IMG/VR virus record: IMGVR_UViG_3300005281_000001
Coordinates: 30,045-94,044 of that record
DNA: 64,000 bases
Direction: 5' to 3' (one strand)
Origin: a virus
Lineage: Duplodnaviria; Caudoviricetes
Shown here: piece by piece, positions 57,334-64,000 of the stretch
How positions within the stretch are numbered: position 1 is the first letter of the stretch
How the letters are laid out: each line of letters starts with the position of its first letter
The notes under the pieces: model-generated
The model's input: only the letters and a program-made list of their open reading frames with translations
Told to the model about the DNA's origin: nothing
The model's database searches: none
Translations under genes and position numbers: made by a program

Positions 57334-58170
57334 ATGGCACGGCTGAAAACTCAGATTAAGCAAGCCATGAAGCCGGTATCCCCGTATGACTTGCGCAAGA
57401 CGCAGGACCATACGAAGGACGGCGAGGGCGTCGGCAGTCGCCGAAGAATTCCGCTTCCTGAGCCGCAATACGAGGAAATCGGGGAGCTTACGCCGGAGGA
57501 ACAGGAAAAGGGCACCCGCAGAAAAGCGACGAAGTTCGTAACATTCGAAGTCACCGGCAGTACCGGGAAGAAATACCGCGTGACTTGCCCGGAAGTGTAC
57601 TATAAGAAAGTTCCGAAGGTTTGGGAGTGGACACCCATCCGCTACAAGGTTGCTGAGCTGATTGCGGATGGTCATTCGATTCGCTCGATTGCGGACGACC
57701 CGGAGGTCGGCGTCGCTCGCATGACGATCTACGCATGGTTGGAGCACCCGGAGTTCCGCGAGCATGTCGATGCGCTTGTGACGGAAACGGGCTTCGCTTC
57801 CCGGCGTGAGCGTTTGGCGGGTCTGGCGCGGCTGACGCAGCGCCTGTTCGACAAGCTGCTGCGTGAGATCGACGGTGTTCCGATTACTGACAAGTCGGTT
57901 GGCGCCATTATCAGCGGCATCCAGCAGGGCATGAAGCAGCTTGCGACGGAGAAGGGCGAGTTTGTCGAGCAGCAGAATGTCACGCAGCAAACGACGATCG
58001 GCGGCCAGCTAGCGGTTGCAGACGTGAAGGTCGACGAGCTGCTGAAGTCGGCGACGGACGAGGAACGCAAGAAGCTCGAGGAAGAATTCGATCGGATCGG
58101 CGACGAGATCATCCGCGGGCTGCTGTCGGGCTCGAACAGGGCTGGAGGTACGGCGGAATCGGAGGGTTGA
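57334..58170 (+). CDS. Putative terminase small subunit (HTH)
   Basis: KVAELIADGHSIRSIA...VGVARMTIYAWLEHPEF; upstream of terL. Confidence 0.7.
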   Translation: MARLKTQIKQAMKPVSPYDLRKTQDHTKDGEGVGSRRRIPLPEPQYEEIGELTPEEQEKGTRRKATKFVTFEVTGSTGKKYRVTCPEVYYKKVPKVWEWTPIRYKVAELIADGHSIRSIADDPEVGVARMTIYAWLEHPEFREHVDALVTETGFASRRERLAGLARLTQRLFDKLLREIDGVPITDKSVGAIISGIQQGMKQLATEKGEFVEQQNVTQQTTIGGQLAVADVKVDELLKSATDEERKKLEEEFDRIGDEIIRGLLSGSNRAGGTAESEG

Positions 58171-58276
58171 CGCTGCATAAAGAGAAGTCCAATCTTCCGA
58201 AGATGGTGTGAATGGAGAGCGTTGCAAACATACCCTATAGGGGTACCTTACGAGTTCATCACTACGTACATGGAGC

Positions 58277-58747
58277 GTGGGTGCGTTGACGGGGAAACAT
58301 ACCAGATATATGGGAAATCACGCAGCCGGGCTGCGGCGGTATTATGGTCTGTGCCTCATGGAGGACGGGTCTGAGGCTGTGCTTGAAGTGGAGGCATCTT
58401 CCGAAGCTGAAGCGAGTCAGAAGCTTCATACGCACGGGGTCATGCTGGTGCTGGAGTTCGTGCTGGCGGAGAAGAAGGAGAAGGCAAAACCGGAAAAGCC
58501 GGTGGCGTCCAGCGCGGAGCCGAAGAACAAGCAGCCGTTGAACCGCTATTTCGGCCTGTGTCTCATGGAGGATGGGTCCGAAGTGGTGCTTGTGGCAAAG
58601 GCATCTTCCGAAGCTGAGGCCTGCCGGCATCTACACGAGTACGCTATCGTGATGGTGCTGGACCTGTTGCCGGCGGAAGAATATTTCCAGCGCCGGTATA
58701 TGCATCGGCCCGGGACGCTGTCCTTCGGGGTGCCGAATCTGATCTGA
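58277..58747 (+). CDS. Hypothetical protein with an internal domain duplication
   Basis: RY(Y/F)GLCLMEDGSE.VL...ASSEAEA...LH...VM.VL occurs twice. Confidence 0.65.
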   Translation: MGALTGKHTRYMGNHAAGLRRYYGLCLMEDGSEAVLEVEASSEAEASQKLHTHGVMLVLEFVLAEKKEKAKPEKPVASSAEPKNKQPLNRYFGLCLMEDGSEVVLVAKASSEAEACRHLHEYAIVMVLDLLPAEEYFQRRYMHRPGTLSFGVPNLI

Positions 58748-58870
58748 TGGCATGCAAAGGACGGCGCGCAGGCGGCCCGCCGGATATTCCCACGGGGTAC
58801 CCTATGGGGGTATGTTCCACATACGCCATGCACATGCCACGTCGGTCCCTGACATAGGGGGTAGGGGTAC

Positions 58871-59134
58871 ATGAAAGTCAAGCGCGTTAGCGCTTCTGTC
58901 GTCCGTTTCTGGTGTGAGGGCTGCCGCTCGTACCACGCCTTCGGCCGGGCCGCGGCCCGCTTCGACGGGAACTACGCTCGGCCGACGTTCGGCCGCCCGC
59001 TTCTCGTGACCGACGGACGAGGAAATATCATCTGTGAGTCGACCATACAAGACGGCATCATCACGTACACGATGCGCAGCCGCCATCGTCTGGCCGGCCA
59101 GCGCATGGAGCTGCCGGAAGGCCGGCTGCCGTGA
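58871..59134 (+). CDS. DUF6527-like small metal-binding protein
   Basis: FWCEGC..YH...FDGN..RPTF...CES.I.DG.I.Y...SRH.LAGQ..ELP. Confidence 0.6.
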   Translation: MKVKRVSASVVRFWCEGCRSYHAFGRAAARFDGNYARPTFGRPLLVTDGRGNIICESTIQDGIITYTMRSRHRLAGQRMELPEGRLP

Positions 59135-59213
59135 TTGCCTGCTGAATATCCCGCGACCGGATACCTTTACGGCGCGGGATATGTTGTATGGAATCAGGAA
59201 AGGAGTGGTCTGC

Positions 59214-61040
59214 GTGATATCGCTGAATGACCTGACACCGACGCAGATACTGGATTACCAGACGAAAAAGCGGCCGTCGATCTGGGCGCAGCGGTACACA
59301 CGCCTGCGCGGAAGGCCGTACCGGTTCGAGCAGCGATTACCGAACGGCCAGCTCGACCTTCGGAAGCCGCACGAGATTCCACCGGGTGACCTAAACATCG
59401 GTCTGCGCGGGCAGCGGCAGTTCCTGCAGCAGCCTCTGGATGATCAGCACCCACACAAGGCCATGCAGAAATCCCGTCAGTGCGGCGCCAGCGAGAACGA
59501 AGTGCGGGAGATGCTATGGTTTGGTGACATGCATCCGCATACGAAACAGGCGTATGTGTTTCCGACGTTCGATCAGGTCGCGGACTTCTCGAAGACCCGG
59601 GTTGACGCCGTCATGAAGGACAGCCCATACGTTAAAGAGCGCATGGGCTACGACCCGATTACAGGCAAGAAGAAGCAGGGAGAGGACCCGGTCGATAACG
59701 TGCGCCTCAGAAAAATCGGCGAGGATCACTGGATATTCTTCCGAAGCGGTCATACGCCGAAAGCGGGCGAAGGTATCGACGTTGATGTCGTGCGATTTGA
59801 CGAAATCGATCGTATGCATCCCAACGTGATGATCGCCTTCAACGAAACGTTGTCCTCGTCAGCCTATGGCTGGCGCCGGGATATTTCGACGCCGTCGCTG
59901 CCGGGTGTAGGCGTAAACGCAAGCTTCCAGAAATCCGACCAGTATCACTGGATGATGAAGTGCCCGCACTGCGGCCACTGGTTCACGCTCATTCATGATT
60001 TTCCGCGCTGCGTTGTGGAGCTTCCGAAGGACAGCCGCGGCATGCCGAATCATAACTACCATCTGTCGCATCCGTGGCTGTCGGAGGACGATACGCACGC
60101 ATACATCTGCCTGAAATGTCGGCGGTTTATCAGCGACGAAACCCGCATTCACGGCATCTGGCGGCCGTTCTACCCGCACAAGAAGGACGTACGCGGCTAT
60201 CAAATATCACAGCTTATCTGTCCGTGGATTAGCGCGACGCAGCTCATGAAGAAGCGCGAGGACTACACGCTCGAGCAGCTTTTCATGAACTACGTCATCG
60301 GGCTTCCATATCTCGGTGACAACGTGCTGGTGACCCGGGCCGACATCATGGCCTGCGTGGATACGAGTCTGACCAACCCTTACGAGCTGCCGCGGCGGAA
60401 TATCTGTCAGGGCGTCGACTGGGGCAACACAAGCTGGGGCGTCAACGGCATGCGCGACCCGGATAACCCGGATAGGATCATCCTGCTTGACATCTGGTCC
60501 GTGGAGGATTCGGAAGCTCTCGCCGGCATCGACGGCCGGAAAGACAATCCGCACGTTCGGAAGGTGGCGGAGAAAATGCGCGCGTGGGACGTGCGGCGCG
60601 CCGTGTTCGACGCCGGCTACGGTAAAGACAAGAACTGGGAGCTCATGCAGGTGTTCCCGGGGAAGGTGTTCGGCTGCTTCTATCCGAACCTGTCGACGGA
60701 TGCGACGAAGAACACGGACGATGTGTGGGACGAGGACGGCGGCAAAGTCAACGTCGACCGGACGATGACGCTGCTGCTCATGTGTTCGATGTTCCGGCAA
60801 GGCCGCATCCGCATCCCGCAGTGGGTGGCATCCAATCCGCTGTTTGAGACGTTCATTCAGCACGTGACGAATCTGGTGCTCGTGCGCGACATCGAGACCG
60901 ACGACAAGACGAAAAAGGAAGTCATCAAGCAGCGCGTGGGTACGCTGCCGGGCGGCGACCACTTCGGCCACGCCATGAACTACCTGTGCATTGCGATCCG
61001 CCGGACAACGACGAAAGGCAAGTCCGCGTTCTTCTTCTGA
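59214..61040 (+). CDS. terL: Terminase large subunit (GpA/SPO1-Twort-like)
   Basis: KSRQCGASE, YVFPT, FDEIDRM, ISTPS, CPHC/CLKC, RGYQISQL, GVDWG, DHFGHA. Confidence 0.93.
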   Translation: MISLNDLTPTQILDYQTKKRPSIWAQRYTRLRGRPYRFEQRLPNGQLDLRKPHEIPPGDLNIGLRGQRQFLQQPLDDQHPHKAMQKSRQCGASENEVREMLWFGDMHPHTKQAYVFPTFDQVADFSKTRVDAVMKDSPYVKERMGYDPITGKKKQGEDPVDNVRLRKIGEDHWIFFRSGHTPKAGEGIDVDVVRFDEIDRMHPNVMIAFNETLSSSAYGWRRDISTPSLPGVGVNASFQKSDQYHWMMKCPHCGHWFTLIHDFPRCVVELPKDSRGMPNHNYHLSHPWLSEDDTHAYICLKCRRFISDETRIHGIWRPFYPHKKDVRGYQISQLICPWISATQLMKKREDYTLEQLFMNYVIGLPYLGDNVLVTRADIMACVDTSLTNPYELPRRNICQGVDWGNTSWGVNGMRDPDNPDRIILLDIWSVEDSEALAGIDGRKDNPHVRKVAEKMRAWDVRRAVFDAGYGKDKNWELMQVFPGKVFGCFYPNLSTDATKNTDDVWDEDGGKVNVDRTMTLLLMCSMFRQGRIRIPQWVASNPLFETFIQHVTNLVLVRDIETDDKTKKEVIKQRVGTLPGGDHFGHAMNYLCIAIRRTTTKGKSAFFF

Positions 61041-61149
61041 TCTTCCGAAGACGATGTGTTCCATATGTACCAATCGCGAAAGTGCTGGTATCCTGAAGGT
61101 GCCAGCACTTATTTACTCGCACGAGAAAAACGAAGCGGAGGGATCAGGA

Positions 61150-61356
61150 ATGAAACGGATCGGAACGTTGGTCGGTCTGACGGTTACGCTGCTGCGGGTG
61201 CTCATCTGGAGACTTCGGCTGCGTCTCGGCGCCTTCGGTTCGCCTGAATACTGGTCTACCCAGCTTCAGAAGTTGCAAGAAAAGGGGATGTGGAGCGTTG
61301 ACGACTGGACAAGCAAAACCCGTCCGGGGGTATCCCGGGTACACCGTCACCGCTGA
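61150..61356 (+). CDS. Hypothetical protein with N-terminal hydrophobic helix
   Basis: GGAGG RBS. Confidence 0.5.
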   Translation: MKRIGTLVGLTVTLLRVLIWRLRLRLGAFGSPEYWSTQLQKLQEKGMWSVDDWTSKTRPGVSRVHRHR

Positions 61357-61537
61357 TGGTCGTGTCTTCAGCACGCACCGTTCGAAGACGGGCAAACCGA
61401 AGCAACTCATACCCGGCAACTGGCGGCCGGATCGGAAAGTGCTGCTTTGCCGCGGCGCTTACGAACGCCGGAACGTGCTTGTGAAGAACCTTGTGCTGGC
61501 GACATGGGGAACGCTGGAGCACTTCAAGGAAGAATAA
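61298..61537 (+). CDS. Stand-alone NUMOD4-like domain (HNH nuclease part absent)
   Basis: PVRGYPGYTVTADGRVFS...VLLC...VLVKNLVLATW. Confidence 0.65.
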   Translation: MTTGQAKPVRGYPGYTVTADGRVFSTHRSKTGKPKQLIPGNWRPDRKVLLCRGAYERRNVLVKNLVLATWGTLEHFKEE

Positions 61538-61556
61538 ACTGAAGGAGTGGAAAGGG

Positions 61557-61859
61557 ATGGCTGAAGTTGTAATAGCGCCGGAGTCGCCGGCGATCAAGAA
61601 GCTTGATGCGGATGTCTACTACGTGACGGCAGATTTGACGGATGCGGAGCTGCGGTCGCTGGAGGAAACATGGGAGCGCATGAACAAAGCAACCAGCCAG
61701 CATAAGCTGCTGATGGTGCTGCCGGAAAGTCTGACGCTGAAGCAGATGTCGACGGACGTTGTGCGCTCGCTCATGCAGGCTTGCGCCCGGGTGCTGCGCG
61801 AACGTGGGGAGGAACTTCCCGATATGTCCGGCCGTCCCGCTTCTAATTCGGATAATTAA
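61557..61859 (+). CDS. Hypothetical protein
   Basis: AAGGAG RBS. Confidence 0.6.
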   Translation: MAEVVIAPESPAIKKLDADVYYVTADLTDAELRSLEETWERMNKATSQHKLLMVLPESLTLKQMSTDVVRSLMQACARVLRERGEELPDMSGRPASNSDN

Positions 61860-61947
61860 GGCCTTCCGAAGCTGGAAAAAGGTCGGATATTCAGGCCCGC
61901 GTTCTCGTTGTATGATAATTATGACAACTTCCGAAGGGGGTGTACGC

Positions 61948-62652
61948 GTGGCTACGCAGATTGACACGCTCCGCGAATACACCAGCATTGATGAGCGCGG
62001 GCGCTCGGATATTACGCAGTGTCCGTCCTGCGGCGTATTCGCCGTTCCGCGGGGCATCACGTCGACGATGAAGGATGATCTCGGATCGTTTGAAGCAAAG
62101 CATTGCCCGAACTGCGGCCACACTTATGGCCGCGACACGGTTGCGCAGTCGAAGTCCGGGACGGTTATCATCGAGGCCTACGATGTGGAGGCCGAAGTGG
62201 TCGACGACGACACGCCGATTGCGGGGGCGCTGCGGGTGAAGTTCCGCCTGAGCGCGCCGTTTGACTTCGACGACCCGGATGCGGATATCCGGCTGAGCTA
62301 CTTCACGGAGGAAAACGGCGAACTGAAGCCGATGTTGAATCTGCTCGCAGGATATGCGCCGCTGGTGAAGAACAAGGAATGGGCCGGCTATCTGGCGAAC
62401 ATCGGCTCCGAAGGCAATCCGGGAAAGACCTATTCGAAGGGCACCGAGAATAACCCGGAGTATCTGAACCAGATTCCTGCTGATGTCCTCATCGGTTCGC
62501 TGGTCCGCAGCGGGTTCAAGTCGGATGGCTCCATGGACTACGTCGAAATCGACGACTTCCGCGAGGCGCCGGGCACTTACGTCATCCGTATCGATGTCCT
62601 CAACCGCGCCGGCATTGCACGCACAGCTTACGCCTCCGTAACGGTGGAGTAA
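61948..62652 (+). CDS. Putative virion accessory protein, N-terminal Zn-ribbon (paralog A)
   Basis: ATQIDT...CPSC...CPNCGH.YG followed by a beta-rich domain. Confidence 0.65.
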   Translation: MATQIDTLREYTSIDERGRSDITQCPSCGVFAVPRGITSTMKDDLGSFEAKHCPNCGHTYGRDTVAQSKSGTVIIEAYDVEAEVVDDDTPIAGALRVKFRLSAPFDFDDPDADIRLSYFTEENGELKPMLNLLAGYAPLVKNKEWAGYLANIGSEGNPGKTYSKGTENNPEYLNQIPADVLIGSLVRSGFKSDGSMDYVEIDDFREAPGTYVIRIDVLNRAGIARTAYASVTVE

Positions 62653-62782
62653 CGCAAGCTTCGGAAGCACGAAGCGCGGACATGCACCGCGTAAACATTG
62701 TGCTTCCGAAGTCCCCGTGCAGGTGCTATGATAGAGACGCGAGCACCAAGCGCGATCGAAACCTATGTACGGGGGTGTAACG

Positions 62783-63280
62783 ATGGCAACGCAGATCGAC
62801 ACGACTCGGATTTACACGAGTCACGATGAGGAAACCCGCTCGGACCTGCGGAAGTGTCCGCAGTGTCAGGTGTACGCTGTACCGCGCGGCCTTACGTCTA
62901 CCCGCAAGGACGACATCAACGGCGAGCGCAGGACGTGCCCGAACTGCGGCCATGTGTACGGCGTCAATAGCCTTCTTGTTCGGAAGGTACGGGCGATCAA
63001 CATCACGGCTGATGGCGACACGACGGAAGTCGGTGTGGGCGCCGATCTCCAGCTTACGGCAACCGTCGTGCCGGAGTATGCCGATGACCCGCGCGTCGAA
63101 TGGAAGTCCTCGGATGAGGCGATTGCAACGGTCGACGGGACCGGCAAGGTCACGGGCGTTGCGGCCGGAGATGTCGTCATCTCGGCAGAAGCGCAGGATG
63201 GCTCCGGCGTTGTTGGCTTCTTCGGTCTGACAGTCGGCAGTGGTTCCGGCGGCGGGGACAGCGGCAGCGGCGACGAGTAA
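62783..63280 (+). CDS. Putative virion accessory protein, Zn-ribbon plus Big_2 Ig-like domain (paralog B)
   Basis: Same N-terminus; LQLTATVVPEYADDPRVEWKSSDEAIATVDGTGKVTGVAAG...A.DGSG. Confidence 0.8.
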   Translation: MATQIDTTRIYTSHDEETRSDLRKCPQCQVYAVPRGLTSTRKDDINGERRTCPNCGHVYGVNSLLVRKVRAINITADGDTTEVGVGADLQLTATVVPEYADDPRVEWKSSDEAIATVDGTGKVTGVAAGDVVISAEAQDGSGVVGFFGLTVGSGSGGGDSGSGDE

Positions 63281-63332
63281 ACCGCCATTTGAGACAGCAA
63301 GCTTAACATGACGCAGCTTGCCGGATGAAGTG

Positions 63333-63370
63333 AAGGCAGCAGGCTTCAGCTCCGAAGCTGCTGCCTTTTC
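63333..63370 (+). terminator. Intrinsic terminator
   Basis: aaggcagcag...ctgctgcctttt. Confidence 0.7.
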
Positions 63371-63398
63371 ATTTTAGGCAAGAGAGGGGTGCAAAGTT

Positions 63399-64000
63399 AT
63401 GTCGACAGTTCTGGAGTTATGGCAGTCGGCGCCGAATGGCGAACAGCTTCTGAAGGCATTGGAGAATGACCGGGCCTTAAAGCAGCAGGAGCCGGCGAAG
63501 CCGAAGTCCGCGTTTATCGATCCGTACAACGTGTACGGCCTCGGCGGAACACGGGCGAAGCAGGCGGTCATCAATTACCGGCTGCTGCGGCAGATGGCTA
63601 TGGTGCCGCCGGTGGCTGCCATTCTGCTTACCCGACTCAATCAAGTCGCCCGTTTTACGAACCGGCCGCGGTTTGAGGGAGATATTGGGTTCCAGATCAT
63701 CCACAAGAACAAGACGAAGAAAATGACGAATGCGCAGCGCAGGCGCGCGGTCGAGATCGAAGAATTCTTTCTGAAGACCGGCTGGGCGAATAACAAGCTG
63801 CGCAAGGATAACTTCAACGCCTTCGTTCGGAAGATTGTCCGGGATACGCTGGTACTGGACGCCATGACGTTTGAGCTCGTGCCGAACCTGAAGGGCGAGC
63901 TGGCGGAAATCTGGGCCATCGACGCGGAGACGATCGAGCTGGTTGCCAATGCGCCGGTCGGTTACGGCCGCGAGCTGCCGGTGTACGAGCCGATGACCAA
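63399..64000 (+). CDS. Portal protein (3'-truncated by the window; absent from the ORF track)
   Basis: Own translation: AAILLTRLNQVARF...EIEEFFLKTG...DNFNAFVRKIVRDTLVLD.MTFE...WAIDAETI, as in SPO1/Twort-type portals. Confidence 0.88.
   Translation, partial: MSTVLELWQSAPNGEQLLKALENDRALKQQEPAKPKSAFIDPYNVYGLGGTRAKQAVINYRLLRQMAMVPPVAAILLTRLNQVARFTNRPRFEGDIGFQIIHKNKTKKMTNAQRRRAVEIEEFFLKTGWANNKLRKDNFNAFVRKIVRDTLVLDAMTFELVPNLKGELAEIWAIDAETIELVANAPVGYGRELPVYEPMT

Noticed and set aside
61298-61537. Active HNH homing endonuclease
   Set aside because: Only the NUMOD4-like part is present and the ORF ends before any HNH motif.
76-63455. CTTCNGAAG as a CodY box or Spo0A box
   Set aside because: The CodY consensus needs AT-rich flanks (AATTTTCWGAAAATT) and a W centre, whereas here the flanks are C/G and the centre is mostly C or G. 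The 0A box TGNCGAA does not match.

Overview
Roughly 64 kb of a contractile-tailed (myovirus-like) bacteriophage of a high-GC Firmicute host. Paenibacillaceae-like is inferred from the SLH-bearing endolysin, the sigmaA-type promoters and the RBSs. Gene order: baseplate and tail fibres (1-10.7 kb), lysis (10.9-12.4 kb), HU, a replication/recombination block (SNF2 helicase, SSB-like protein, AEP primase-MCM helicase fusion, DUF4326-PolA fusion, RuvC, dUTPase, Cas4-like nuclease, ATP ligase; 14.6-35 kb), the only minus-strand operon (ParM/ParR-like partition pair), a cluster of small early genes driven by repeated promoter-hairpin-RBS cassettes, five paralogous beta-helix genes, a 1.3-kb non-coding region, then terminase and the start of the portal gene. 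No integrase, tRNA or CRISPR array was seen. The strongest unexplained signals are non-coding: (1) the palindrome CTTCNGAAG, about 85 copies by hand count against about 1 expected; (2) four 28-bp 11-6-11 dyad sites in two symmetric clusters that bracket the whole 42-kb replication/partition/early region; (3) 10-bp-period AAAGTTGTYY arrays at promoters, one in front of a Xis/BldC-like gene; (4) six copies of a phage-specific promoter cassette with signs of recent cassette recombination. All counts and family assignments were made by eye and need computational confirmation.
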